Positions 1 to 10,118 of a DNA stretch of 18,381 bases are shown piece by piece. The notes under the pieces are model-generated. The model was given only the letters and a program-made list of their open reading frames with translations. It ran no database searches and was not told where the DNA came from. Position 1 is the first letter of the stretch. Each line of letters begins with the position of its first letter. The DNA is from Elusimicrobiota bacterium (GTDB taxonomy: Bacteria > Elusimicrobiota > Elusimicrobia > F11). The position numbers and the translations under genes were made by a program. The DNA is taken from positions 1 to 18,381 of the forward strand of contig JBJXGI010000027.1 in NCBI GenBank assembly GCA_046153645.1. The letters run 5' to 3'.

Positions 1-1308
1 AAAAGGAGCAGATTTTTTAGATTGATATGGAGTTCCAATGGTTAGAATCTGAAATCCGCTGGGAATCCACTTCTCTGAATTTAAAATATTATGCGTATCC
101 AAAATTAATCTTTGCTTCATTAATTGAGATACAACTTGTGGTGATAAATCTCTGATTTCATCATGAGCCGTTAAAATGACAGCGATATCGGCACCTTTTA
201 GCGCCAAATCTAAATTGTCGATTTTTTTATCTTTCATGCGTACGTGAGAGTCATATATGCTCAAGTCCCAATGAGAATGATTGGATTGAATCAAATGAAT
301 AACTTCCAAAGCTGGAGATTCACGACAATCGTCCACGTTGGCTTTATAGGCAACACCTAAAATAGCAACCTTTGGATTTTTTTTCCCATTTAAAAGTTCA
401 GCAATTCGATTCACAACAAATTGCGGCCGCGAATCGTTAATTTTTCTCGCCAAATGAATGATGTTGGTTTCTTCAGGAAATTTCTCAACCAAAAACCAGG
501 GATCAACGCTAATACAATGCCCCCCAACACCGGGACCTGGTTTATGAATATTGACTCTCGGATGACGATTGGCAATATTAATAACTTCCCAAGCATTAAT
601 GCCCATTTTCTCACACAACACTGAAACTTCGTTGGCAAAAGCAATATTCACATCTCGATAAGTGTTTTCAATAATCTTAGACATCTCCGAGGTTGTTGGA
701 TCCGTTAAAAAAATATCCCCAGCAACAAATGATTTATATAAAGCTTTCGTTTTTTCTCCCCACTCAATATTAATGGCTCCAATCACACGATCGTTTTCAA
801 TGAGTTCTTTAAGTGCTTGCCCAGGAATAACTCTTTCTGGACAATAAGCAACCCCGATTTCTTTGCCTGGTGAAAACCCTGCTTTCTCAATTTTCGGAAT
901 AATAAGATCCCTTGTCGTTCCGGGAGGTGAAGTTGATTCTAAAATAACAAGATTGCCTTCTCGAATAAAAGGGAGAATAGATTCCATAGCAGACTCAACA
1001 TAAGACATGTCTGCCGTTGGAATCTCATGTTCATTTTTGCGATAGGGAGTGGGAACTGCAATAATAAAAACATCAGCTTCACTCGGAGTTGTTTCGATAG
1101 TAAGATTTTTTGATGCCAAAGCGGCTTTAACAACAGTAGAAAGACCAGGCTCTTCGATATGAATGTCACCATTCTTTAGAATTTTTACAACCTCTGGGTT
1201 TATATCCACACCTCGAACAGTATGACCATTCGTCGCAAACATGGAGGCAGTTGGAAGACCAATATAACCAAGGCCCAAGACACAAATATGTTTTTTATTA
1301 GTTGGCAT
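1..1308 (-). CDS. wecC: UDP-N-acetyl-D-mannosamine dehydrogenase-type nucleotide sugar dehydrogenase (3' end runs off the window)
   Basis: Not in the ORF track because it has no stop in the window. Hand translation from ATG at 1308 (TAATG overlap with the upstream GT2 stop) gives MPTNKKHICVLGLGYIGLPTASMFA...IAVPTP...ILESTSPPGTT...AYCPERVIPG...KIIENTYRDVNIAFANE...ANRHPRVNIHKPGPGVGGHCISVDPWFL...AYKANVDDCRESP. The frame is open for 436 codons to position 1. Confidence 0.88.
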   Translation of the reverse strand, partial: MPTNKKHICVLGLGYIGLPTASMFATNGHTVRGVDINPEVVKILKNGDIHIEEPGLSTVVKAALASKNLTIETTPSEADVFIIAVPTPYRKNEHEIPTADMSYVESAMESILPFIREGNLVILESTSPPGTTRDLIIPKIEKAGFSPGKEIGVAYCPERVIPGQALKELIENDRVIGAINIEWGEKTKALYKSFVAGDIFLTDPTTSEMSKIIENTYRDVNIAFANEVSVLCEKMGINAWEVINIANRHPRVNIHKPGPGVGGHCISVDPWFLVEKFPEETNIIHLARKINDSRPQFVVNRIAELLNGKKNPKVAILGVAYKANVDDCRESPALEVIHLIQSNHSHWDLSIYDSHVRMKDKKIDNLDLALKGADIAVILTAHDEIRDLSPQVVSQLMKQRLILDTHNILNSEKWIPSGFQILTIGTPYQSKKSAPF

Positions 1309-2195
1309 TAAACGATTCCTTTAAAATATCCTAAAACCATTCCCGAAAATCTCAACAAACGGCCCGCAAAAAGTTGCCGAAGCGACCATCCAATACTGCA
1401 CCAAACGAACTTCAAAAACTTGAAAAGCGAAAAAGCAATAACCTGACGAAATATCATACTTTGATTATAGCCCTCTTTTAAGCCTCGTGAAAACTCCTTT
1501 TCTCTTGCCATTGGTGTTTCCAAGTGAGTCACTTTCGCATGAGGGTCCAAGATGAAATAATAGCCAGCCATTTTAGCTTTAATAAAAATCTCAACTTCTT
1601 CAGCTGGGGTTCTCCCAGGACTTATTTGATTGTAAGGAATCTTTTTTAAAAAATCTTTTTTAAAAGAAGAAATTCCACCAGGCAAATAATACACCTTTTG
1701 AGCCTCCTTTAAATTTGGATCCCAAACTTGATACCCTACATCTGTGATATCCCATTTATTCGGTGAAGACAACAAAAAAAGATTCATATAAACTTTTTCG
1801 AAAGCAGAGAAAGGACGTAAATTCTCAATTATCCCTCCCACTCCAGCAAAATAAGGGTCCTTTATATTTTTTTCCCAATGAGAATTTAAAGTTTCGATGT
1901 AATTACTTTTAATAAAAACATCATCATCCACGAAGAGAATAACATCACTTTTACTCAACTCAATTCCTTTGTTACGAGAAGTAGCAGTTCCAGGAATTGT
2001 TTTCAAAAAATATTGAAATCCCACATTTTTTTTCTCTATTTCTGTTTTCAAACTTAATAAATAGTCATCAGGCAATTTTCCATCATCTATAACCACAATT
2101 TCTTTAGGTAAAAATGTTTGATTGATAATAAGATCAATGCACTCTTTTAAGAGTTGAGGGCGATGCATGGTTGGGATAACAACACTAAATTCCAC
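1308..2195 (-). CDS. Glycosyltransferase family 2 protein
   Basis: N-terminal FSVVIPT, VVIDDG, SRNKGI and the DxD motif FVDDD. GTG start overlaps the end of the epimerase gene. Confidence 0.9.
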   Translation of the reverse strand: MEFSVVIPTMHRPQLLKECIDLIINQTFLPKEIVVIDDGKLPDDYLLSLKTEIEKKNVGFQYFLKTIPGTATSRNKGIELSKSDVILFVDDDVFIKSNYIETLNSHWEKNIKDPYFAGVGGIIENLRPFSAFEKVYMNLFLLSSPNKWDITDVGYQVWDPNLKEAQKVYYLPGGISSFKKDFLKKIPYNQISPGRTPAEEVEIFIKAKMAGYYFILDPHAKVTHLETPMAREKEFSRGLKEGYNQSMIFRQVIAFSLFKFLKFVWCSIGWSLRQLFAGRLLRFSGMVLGYFKGIV

Positions 2196-3144
2196 GATTT
2201 AAACTCCATTTTTCATACCATTCCAGAAAACGTTCCATCCCTTCCCCAATGTTTATTTGCGGATTAAAACCAAGAAGCTTTTTAGCTTTAGAAATATCAG
2301 CGGCCGTTTCAAAAATATCAATAGAGTCTCTCTCAATAAAATTTAATTTGGCCTTTTTCTTCAATTTTTTCTCAATCAAAGAAATAAGACTGTTAAGGTC
2401 AATGGGTTTTGAGTTTCCTAAATTAAAAATTTCAAAAGCGTAATTTTTTTCTAAAGCACTTAAAACGCCAGAAACGACATCAGAGATAAAAGTAAAATCG
2501 CGCTTAATTTGTCCACCACTAGAGACTTCTAAGGGCAACTCGTTAAAAATATTTTGCGTGAACTTAAAATAAGCCATATCCGGGCGCCCCCAAGGACCGT
2601 AGACAGTAAAAAAACGAAGCCCCGTGCAATGAATACCATAGAGATGGTGGTAAGAATAAGCTAAAAGTTCATTGTATTTTTTAGTTGCAGCATAGAGAGA
2701 AATAGGATTATCCGTCATGGCACTTTCAGAAAATGGTGCTTTATTTTTCTCTCCGTATACAGAAGATGAAGAAGCGAAAATAAACGATTTAATATCGAAT
2801 TTTCGACAAAGTTCAAGTAAATTTAAAGTTCCATGGTTATTTGAAAGTTCATAGGAGAAAGGCTGGGTTAACGAATGTTTAATTCCTGCTTGGGCGCCTA
2901 AATGGCAAATTTGAGAAATTTTATTTTCAGTAAAAATTTTTAAAAGCCCTTCAAAATCAACCAAATCAGTTTCATAAATTTTCACATCTGAAAGAAGGGC
3001 CTTAACTCGATCACGCTTAAGGGTTACATCATAATAATCATTAAAATTATCAAGACCAACAACATCCACATTTTTGGCTTTTAAAGCTTGAATGACCCAT
3101 GAACCAATAAATCCCGCCGCACCAGTAACCAGAATTTTTGACAT
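2185..3144 (-). CDS. NAD-dependent epimerase/dehydratase, UDP-glucuronate 4-epimerase-like
   Basis: TGAAGFIG Rossmann motif, DNFNDYYDVTLK, ASSSSVYG, catalytic YAATK, and GLRFFTVYGPWGRPDMA, typical of the UDP-GlcA 4-epimerase subgroup. Confidence 0.88.
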   Translation of the reverse strand: MSKILVTGAAGFIGSWVIQALKAKNVDVVGLDNFNDYYDVTLKRDRVKALLSDVKIYETDLVDFEGLLKIFTENKISQICHLGAQAGIKHSLTQPFSYELSNNHGTLNLLELCRKFDIKSFIFASSSSVYGEKNKAPFSESAMTDNPISLYAATKKYNELLAYSYHHLYGIHCTGLRFFTVYGPWGRPDMAYFKFTQNIFNELPLEVSSGGQIKRDFTFISDVVSGVLSALEKNYAFEIFNLGNSKPIDLNSLISLIEKKLKKKAKLNFIERDSIDIFETAADISKAKKLLGFNPQINIGEGMERFLEWYEKWSLNRGI

Positions 3145-3145
3145 C

Positions 3146-4267
3146 TTACTGAGAATCCGAAAAACTTTTTAAAATCTTTCCTATTTGATGAGCCGCCTCA
3201 TGAGTAAGACCCGGAAACATCGGAAGAGATAAAACCGTTTCACTCAATTTTTCCGATACAGAATAAGAACCTTTTCCTAATTTTAATTTCGAATAGGCCG
3301 GTTGAAGATGAAGTGGAAGCGGATAATAAACACCGCATCCAATATTGTGGCTTTTTAATAAAGTCATTAATGAATCTCTTTTTTCCGTTCGCACGGTATA
3401 CAAATGATAAACCGATTCAAAACCTTCTGGAATAAAGGGAGCTTTAATAAAAGGATGGTCAATTAAATATTGATCATAAATGGCGGAAATCTGCCGTCTT
3501 TCATCATTCCACCTATTTAATTGTTTGAGTTTAATTCGAAGAACCGCCGCTTGCAAAGAGTCCATGCGACTGTTTAAACCTTCTACCTCGTGAAAATATT
3601 GTTGTGATCTTCCATGATTGGCAAGTTGAGTTACTTTCTTAATCAAATTTTCATTGGACGAAACAACAGCCCCCCCATCTCCAAACCCACCTAAATTTTT
3701 AGTGGGATAAAAACTAAAACAAGCGACATCTCCTAAAATCCCCACCTTTTTTCCTTTATATGTTGCGCCGTGGGCCTGACAAGCATCTTCAATAACGAAT
3801 AAATTGTGTTTCTTCGCGATTTTCATGATAGGGCCCATATCAGCAGGAAGCCCATAGAGATGAACAGGCAAAATCGCTTTTGTTTTTGAAGTGATGGCCT
3901 GTTCTAAAAGATTGGGATCAAGATTAAAAGTTTGCGAATCAACATCTACAAATTTAATACTTGCCCCCACATTCCCAATGGCTTCAGCTGTTGCAATAAA
4001 TGTAAATGGAACCGTAATAACTTCATCGCCGGGACCAACTCCCAAAGCGCGCAATGCCAAAATTAAAGCATCAGTACCATTAGCAACAGGACTGCAAAAA
4101 CCGCCGCCACAAAACTGTCCAAACTCTATTCCAAAATTTTCAACTTCGGGCCCACCAATAAAAGAAAGGTTATCAATGAGATTTTTATAGACAACATCAA
4201 TCTCACCTCTTATTTGAGAATCAATTAATTTTAGATCTAAAAATGGAATGTGATTTTTTAAACTCAT
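3146..4267 (-). CDS. DegT/DnrJ/EryC1/StrS family PLP-dependent sugar aminotransferase
   Basis: [57 protein letters not shown] (PLP lysine), NSRMD, LSLPMFP. Confidence 0.93.
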   Translation of the reverse strand: MSLKNHIPFLDLKLIDSQIRGEIDVVYKNLIDNLSFIGGPEVENFGIEFGQFCGGGFCSPVANGTDALILALRALGVGPGDEVITVPFTFIATAEAIGNVGASIKFVDVDSQTFNLDPNLLEQAITSKTKAILPVHLYGLPADMGPIMKIAKKHNLFVIEDACQAHGATYKGKKVGILGDVACFSFYPTKNLGGFGDGGAVVSSNENLIKKVTQLANHGRSQQYFHEVEGLNSRMDSLQAAVLRIKLKQLNRWNDERRQISAIYDQYLIDHPFIKAPFIPEGFESVYHLYTVRTEKRDSLMTLLKSHNIGCGVYYPLPLHLQPAYSKLKLGKGSYSVSEKLSETVLSLPMFPGLTHEAAHQIGKILKSFSDSQ

Positions 4268-5007
4268 GATTTATTTTTAATTAAGAATGGGGCGGATAAA
4301 AGACCATATGAATGCAGTAAGTACTGTGTCATCGTAACCAAAGTTGAAAGACCATAAATAACGGACCGTTTAAAACTAATAGATGAAGCTTCACTAAAAT
4401 ATCGAACGGGAACCGGAATCTCCCCCATTCTAAACTTGAAAAATATAATTTGAGCAATCATTTGTTGATCAAAAACAAAATCATCTGAGTTTTTCTCAAA
4501 TGGCACAGCCTCTAGCACTTTTCTACTATAAGCGCGGTAACCCGTATGAGTTTCAGAAACCGCAATTCCCAAAATCATATTTTCAAACAAGGTTAACAGT
4601 CGATTCATCACATATTTATAAAGGGGCATACCGCCTTGCAAAGCTTCGCGCCTTGTTCGAATTCGACTTCCCAGAATAACATCACAAACATCCTCGGAAA
4701 TAAGACCTGTCATATATTTCACCAAACGAGCGTCATATTGAAAGTCAGGATGTAGCATCACAACAACATCTGCGCCTCTTTCCAAGGCCGTTTTATAACA
4801 CGTTTTCTGATTTCCACCGTAACCCAAATTCTTTTCATGGACAACAACATGCAAACCAAGTTTACGGGCCAGTTCCACAGTTCCATCGGACGAACAATCA
4901 TCCACTAAAATAACTTCATGATAAGATCCCTTTGGAATATCATTCAAAGTCCTTTCTAACGTTTTTTCCGCATTATAAGCGGGCATCACAATGGTAACTT
5001 TTGCCAT
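4264..5007 (-). CDS. Glycosyltransferase family 2, polyprenol-phosphate glycosyltransferase (DPM synthase)-like
   Basis: [60 protein letters not shown]. Confidence 0.88.
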   Translation of the reverse strand: MAKVTIVMPAYNAEKTLERTLNDIPKGSYHEVILVDDCSSDGTVELARKLGLHVVVHEKNLGYGGNQKTCYKTALERGADVVVMLHPDFQYDARLVKYMTGLISEDVCDVILGSRIRTRREALQGGMPLYKYVMNRLLTLFENMILGIAVSETHTGYRAYSRKVLEAVPFEKNSDDFVFDQQMIAQIIFFKFRMGEIPVPVRYFSEASSISFKRSVIYGLSTLVTMTQYLLHSYGLLSAPFLIKNKS

Positions 5008-5014
5008 AAATTTA

Positions 5015-5725
5015 TTAATTAAACCCCAATCTCCAATAGATAATTTTTATAAACATCTTTAAATGATTAATTATTTCCTTCAAAAAATTAATTTTTGATC
5101 GGCCTTTGGTTCTTTTACCCAATGCAACTGGCACTTCAACAATCCGAGCCTTTTTCTTTAATAATTGAAAAAAAATCTCAGCATTTATATCAAAAGAAAC
5201 GGAAACTAAATTCATTTCTTTTATCCGAGAGGTTCTATAAACCCTGAAAATAGAACTAACTGCTGATATATTTTGAGTCAACAACAATTGATATATTTTA
5301 TTTACAGAAACACTTAAAAATTTCCTAAAAAAACTGACGTCGTTCATGCTTCCTAAAATAGGAGATCCCGACACACAATCTATTCCAGGTTTATAATTCT
5401 CAACTAACTTATATAAATCTTTCGGATGAAACGTTAAATCGGCATCAAAAACGACAATGGCCTCTCCAGAAGCTTTCGCAAAGGCGTCTCTTAATGATTT
5501 TCCTAATCCCAGTGGAAAATCATGATCAATAGTAATAATGTTCTCGTGCCTCTTGGAAAAACCTCTAATAATTGATCTGGTTTTATCTTTTGATCCATCA
5601 TCAATAAAAATAAATTCTTTTTCAATTGAAAACTGATCAAAATAAGGAAAAAAAGAAGAATCAAATTCCTCTAAATTACTTTCTTCATCAAGACAAGGAA
5701 CAACAACACTCAAACTTTTAAACAA
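5015..5725 (-). CDS. Glycosyltransferase family 2, DPM-synthase-like
   Basis: [34 protein letters not shown]...R..GRSK. Start is uncertain: TTG at 5725 (8-nt overlap with ugd) is preferred over the ORF-track start at 5749. Confidence 0.85.
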   Translation of the reverse strand: MFKSLSVVVPCLDEESNLEEFDSSFFPYFDQFSIEKEFIFIDDGSKDKTRSIIRGFSKRHENIITIDHDFPLGLGKSLRDAFAKASGEAIVVFDADLTFHPKDLYKLVENYKPGIDCVSGSPILGSMNDVSFFRKFLSVSVNKIYQLLLTQNISAVSSIFRVYRTSRIKEMNLVSVSFDINAEIFFQLLKKKARIVEVPVALGKRTKGRSKINFLKEIINHLKMFIKIIYWRLGFN

Positions 5726-7022
5726 CGGCCGGACGCCCCACACTAACATAAGAAAAACCGTTCTTTTCCATCTGCTCTAAGGAGAATATATTACGCCCAT
5801 CAATAATAACAGGCGACTCCATAACACTTCTCACTTTTTTTAAATTCATTTTTCTAAAAACATTCCATTCCGTTAGAATAACCAAGGCATGAGCATGTTT
5901 TGCCACTGAATAAATATCGTCCATATATTCCACTTGAGGAATTATCTTTTTCACTTTATTGTTAACGATTGGATCAAAAGCTTTTATCTTCGCCCCCTTA
6001 CTAAGAAGAGCCTGAATAATATCTAAAGCAGGAGCATTTCTTAAATCATCTGTATCAGGCTTAAAAGATAAACCAAGAATGCCAATATTTTTATCTTTTA
6101 CATTCCAAAGTTTCTCTTCAATTTTTTTAACAATTTGAAGTCTTTGATCAGAATTTATTTTCTGAACAGCTTTTAATAAAGAAAAATCGTAACCATTTTG
6201 ATCTGCAATTTTGATGAAAGCAGCAATATCTTTTGGAAAACATGAGCCGCCATAACCAATTCCAGCATTAAGGAAAGAAGCACCAATTCGTTTGTCGAAC
6301 CCCATTCCTTGGGAAACCCTTCCTACATCGGCACCAACTTTTTCACAAATATTGGCAATAGCGTTGATATAAGAAATTTTCAAAGCTAAAAATGAATTGG
6401 ACGCGTGTTTAATTAACTCTGCACTTTTAATATCGGTCACAATCATGGGAGCTTTTAACTTCTGGTAAAGTTCTCTTAGTATTTTTTCAGAACGCTTGCT
6501 TTCAACACCAATCACAATTCGATCAGGGTTTAAAAAATCTTTTATAGCAGAACCTTCTCTTAGGAATTCGGGGTTAGAAGCAACTTCAATTGTCGCTTTA
6601 GAATTACGAATAGCTGATAAAGAGGATTTAATACGGTCCCCGGTTTGAACGGGAACAGTAGATTTTTCCACCAATAGTTTATAACCCTTAGAAAATCTTA
6701 CAACCTCTCGAGTACTCGCTTCAACAAAAGAGAGATCAGCGCTCCCGTCTTCCATAGAAGGTGTGTTTACAGCAATAAAAACAATCTCAGAGGGGGTTAC
6801 ACCTTCCTCAATACTGGTGGTAAATTTTAATCGGCCTAACTTTTTATTTTTCTTAACCAATTCTTCCAGACCAGGTTCATAAATTGGAATGTGCCCAGAA
6901 TTCAGAATGTCAATTTTGTTTTTATCTTTATCAACACAAATAACATGGTGCCCCATTTCAGCAAAACATGTTCCTGAAACCAGTCCCACGTAACCAGTGC
7001 CTACAACGCAAATTTTTTTCAC
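5718..7022 (-). CDS. ugd: UDP-glucose 6-dehydrogenase
   Basis: GTGYVGL, PIYEPGL, KSTVPV, SNPEFLREG, KHASNSFLALKISYIN, GYGGSCFPKD (catalytic Cys), FKPDTDDLR, DGRN. GTG start with a GGAGG Shine-Dalgarno upstream. Confidence 0.95.
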   Translation of the reverse strand: MKKICVVGTGYVGLVSGTCFAEMGHHVICVDKDKNKIDILNSGHIPIYEPGLEELVKKNKKLGRLKFTTSIEEGVTPSEIVFIAVNTPSMEDGSADLSFVEASTREVVRFSKGYKLLVEKSTVPVQTGDRIKSSLSAIRNSKATIEVASNPEFLREGSAIKDFLNPDRIVIGVESKRSEKILRELYQKLKAPMIVTDIKSAELIKHASNSFLALKISYINAIANICEKVGADVGRVSQGMGFDKRIGASFLNAGIGYGGSCFPKDIAAFIKIADQNGYDFSLLKAVQKINSDQRLQIVKKIEEKLWNVKDKNIGILGLSFKPDTDDLRNAPALDIIQALLSKGAKIKAFDPIVNNKVKKIIPQVEYMDDIYSVAKHAHALVILTEWNVFRKMNLKKVRSVMESPVIIDGRNIFSLEQMEKNGFSYVSVGRPAVV

Positions 7023-7071
7023 CCAACCTCCGAAATTAAGCCATTACTCCCGAAGTTTATCAAAAGAATAT

Positions 7072-9201
7072 TTACTTGCCTTCGAAAACTCTTCCTGGAT
7101 CAACTTCAGGGTCTCGATATCCATTAAAAGTTGTGGTTTTGTTTCTTTCAAAAACATCTTTTTCGCCATTTAAATTTGTTTTTAAATCAATATAAAATGA
7201 AGCTTCTTTTCGATCTTGTCTTTTTGAAAACTCCATCCTAAAAATCCAACAATGAAGGTCACGCACAATAGAAAGTGTTTTTTCAATGGGTAAGGCCTTT
7301 TCATATTTAAGTTTTGTCTTCCCTTCGAGGCGATAACTGACAAAGGCGTCTATGTACCACTTCGGTGTCAAAAAAAACTTAAGTTTATGAGAAATATTAA
7401 CTCCCGTTCTTTCACCAAAAACTGGCTTTGTATAACTAAACCCTTGCGAAAGGTAAATTAAATCACCGGGACCTCCCCAACGTATTTCACCTGCGGTATT
7501 AACGGGAGTTCTAACCGGTTGTCTTGTTCTAAAATCATAGACAGAATAAACTTCTCTAAAAAACAATGTCGTCAAAGGATTTAATTCCCATTCAAAATCA
7601 GCTGAAGGAGAAATAATTCGTGCGTTCGTACTTTGATAAAGTTTTTTATCATTTTTAGGGGCAGACCTTAGCTCATATCCGGAAAAAAGCGTTAGTCGTG
7701 AACTTCGACCAAACCTCGATTCCATTGATGAAAGAACTCGATTAACTTCAATTCCATGATCATTGGGAACTGAGTCTAATCCCAATCTGTTTTTTTCTAA
7801 GCGAACAGCATAATCATATTTCAAAGTAAGATCCGAATCTCGAGACAGACGCTGGCGCGCATCACCACCGAGATTGTATCGCCCGACATACAAATCTTTA
7901 AATGTTGTTGTAGATAAATCTCGATCTTGCCAAGATTGACTATATCCAACCCGAGGCGTTAAGTAGAGTTTTTTAGACGCCTTAAAACTTCTGTTCATTT
8001 GTATTCCCGCTAAACCTGACCTTTGATACCTCAAAGTTTTTTTAGGGTTAATTCGTTCCAATGTTTCATTAATCCAATTGCCATTCAAACTAATATAGAG
8101 GGGAAATTTTTTAAATTTAAGAGGGATGGTGTTTAATGTCATTCTCGGAACAATTAATTTACTAATAAAAGAATCGGAAGAAACAGTTGAATCGAATTTA
8201 TCTTGCCTATTAAACTCGGTTATGAGCGTCGCCTTAGAGAATTGATATGTCAAACCGGACTCGGATAAAAGACCTTTTTGAGTGTTTTCCACTCGAATCT
8301 GATTTCCCGCTCCCTCAAACTGCTTCCCGAAAACTTGGTCACTTTTTAAATCTATTTTGGAATTCATAGTTAAGGCTTTAGTTATTTTCTGATAGTGATT
8401 CCAAAGGATCGTGTAACGTCTTGCTTGTGGGGCCGGGTCTCGATTGGTATCTCGGACATAATATCCATCAAAAAGACCCCTGATACTGGGAGCAAAGTAT
8501 TGGTGTTCAATGCCTCCTCCATTACCCGTTCGCTCAAAGTAATCCCATCTTAATTTTGTACGAGAATTGGGCGTCAACGGATATCCAAAAATAGTACGCA
8601 CAGTTACACCATCACGACTATTTTGTCCAGGTTCTATCCTTAAAGTATATTTTTTAGGACGAAGTGATTTGGAAAAGAAGGGAGTAAAAAGAGAAGGTAA
8701 ATCCCCCAACAGCAACCGGGCATTTTTAAAAGTGGCTCTTTTCCTAACCACAATTTTTCCTTTTGACGATCGGATTCGATAATGGGGCGGATCGGCATCA
8801 CAACTTGTAAAGTCCGCCTGCTCAAGAAAATAAAGATTTTGCCCCTTCGCCATCAAACGATCAGCGGAAAACCTCCATGGAGGGCTCACTCCATGGGCAT
8901 CCATAAATTCACCGTGAGATGTATCCCAGGAATATTTCGCTTCAGTTCCAGTGATAACACTAGAACTTTGCTCAATTTTCACATGTCCTATCGCATGACC
9001 AATTTTTGTTTTGTTATTAAGAATAATCTTATCGGCACTTAAATTGGCAGTCGAGCTATAAACCCTGGCCTCTCCTTCAACGATAACAACTCCACTTTGA
9101 TGATCGTACTCAATAATATTTCCTGTAGCAGTAGAAACGCTGACTTCGGCGTGAAGAGTTCCGGCTAATAAAAGAAGTAATACAACCGTCCTAAAATTCA
9201 A
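7072..9201 (-). CDS. lptD: LPS-assembly outer-membrane protein LptD (OstA)-like
   Basis: Signal peptide (MNFRTVVLLLLLAGTLHA), OstA-like N-domain (LSADKIILNNKTKIGHAIGHVKI), FTSCDADPPHYRI motif, beta-barrel-like body and C-terminal RDLHCW, 709 aa. TTG start overlaps the kinase stop. Confidence 0.78.
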   Translation of the reverse strand: MNFRTVVLLLLLAGTLHAEVSVSTATGNIIEYDHQSGVVIVEGEARVYSSTANLSADKIILNNKTKIGHAIGHVKIEQSSSVITGTEAKYSWDTSHGEFMDAHGVSPPWRFSADRLMAKGQNLYFLEQADFTSCDADPPHYRIRSSKGKIVVRKRATFKNARLLLGDLPSLFTPFFSKSLRPKKYTLRIEPGQNSRDGVTVRTIFGYPLTPNSRTKLRWDYFERTGNGGGIEHQYFAPSIRGLFDGYYVRDTNRDPAPQARRYTILWNHYQKITKALTMNSKIDLKSDQVFGKQFEGAGNQIRVENTQKGLLSESGLTYQFSKATLITEFNRQDKFDSTVSSDSFISKLIVPRMTLNTIPLKFKKFPLYISLNGNWINETLERINPKKTLRYQRSGLAGIQMNRSFKASKKLYLTPRVGYSQSWQDRDLSTTTFKDLYVGRYNLGGDARQRLSRDSDLTLKYDYAVRLEKNRLGLDSVPNDHGIEVNRVLSSMESRFGRSSRLTLFSGYELRSAPKNDKKLYQSTNARIISPSADFEWELNPLTTLFFREVYSVYDFRTRQPVRTPVNTAGEIRWGGPGDLIYLSQGFSYTKPVFGERTGVNISHKLKFFLTPKWYIDAFVSYRLEGKTKLKYEKALPIEKTLSIVRDLHCWIFRMEFSKRQDRKEASFYIDLKTNLNGEKDVFERNKTTTFNGYRDPEVDPGRVFEGK

Positions 9202-10118
9202 AGCAATGATGCTCCAATGACTCCGATATTTGGCGCATTTTCAGCGACTTGAATTTTCACAGCATGAATAGGAGTTTTAAAAGTCCGTTTATAAAGTGTT
9301 TTAAATAAAGGAGATAAAATTGAGTTTTTAGCCTGCGCTACCCCCCCTGTAAAATATATGCGCTCAGGATTTAATAAATACACCAAATCTCCAATGGCAA
9401 GACCTAACATATGACTCGCCTCATCCCAAATAGACTTCGCGAAAGAATCACCCGCTTTTGCGGCATTTGAAACGGCTAAAGGAGAAATATCATCGGGATT
9501 ATTTTTATAAACTTTAGATAATATTGTTTTCTTCCCGGCTTTAATTCCAGCCAGCACCTTTTTAACAATGTGCGGACCGCCGATGTAGGTTTCCAAACAT
9601 CCTAAGTTTCCGCAATTACAAAGGGGCCCCTTCTCTTCTATATTCATATGCCCAATTTCACCAGCACTTCCTGTCGCCCCTCTCAAAAGCTTTCCATCAA
9701 TAATAATTCCACCACCCACACCAGTCCCCAACGTCATCACAATAATATTTTTAACATGCGGAGGGACTTGAGTTTTATAAAGCCCCCAAGCCGCCACATT
9801 GGCGTCATTATCAACAATCACTTGTGCCTTCAAATTTTTTTCAAAAAGCTTCTTAAGAGGTACCTTTTTCCACCCGAGATTAGGCGAAATGCGAACAATG
9901 CCTTTGTCAAAATCAATATCTCCCGCAACCCCAACCCCCACTTTCGAAATTTTTTTCCCATGCACCAAACTAAAGCACGCGCTTGAAATTTTCTTAGTTA
10001 ACTCTAACGGACTTGGATTACCTGAAGAAACAACTGATGTTTCTTTTAAAATTTTAAGATTTTCTCCCACCAAAGCAATTTTTGCTGATGTTCCACCTAA
10101 ATCAATTCCTAATTTCAT
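9198..10118 (-). CDS. ROK family sugar kinase (glucokinase-like)
   Basis: GIDLGGT, NDANVAA, TLGTGVGGG, GEIGH and the Zn motif CNCGNLGCLE. No N-terminal HTH, so a kinase rather than a repressor. Confidence 0.92.
   Translation of the reverse strand: MKLGIDLGGTSAKIALVGENLKILKETSVVSSGNPSPLELTKKISSACFSLVHGKKISKVGVGVAGDIDFDKGIVRISPNLGWKKVPLKKLFEKNLKAQVIVDNDANVAAWGLYKTQVPPHVKNIIVMTLGTGVGGGIIIDGKLLRGATGSAGEIGHMNIEEKGPLCNCGNLGCLETYIGGPHIVKKVLAGIKAGKKTILSKVYKNNPDDISPLAVSNAAKAGDSFAKSIWDEASHMLGLAIGDLVYLLNPERIYFTGGVAQAKNSILSPLFKTLYKRTFKTPIHAVKIQVAENAPNIGVIGASLL

Noticed and set aside
411..1172. Short ORFs 411-644, 421-624, 662-847 and 939-1172
   Set aside because: Alternative-frame or antisense shadows of the wecC-type gene, with no recognisable motifs.
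7023..7071. Terminator, ops/JUMPstart element or promoter between lptD and ugd
   Set aside because: No GC stem with a U-tract and no GGCGGTAG ops match. Only a weak TTGATA-N17-CTTAAT, too poor to call.
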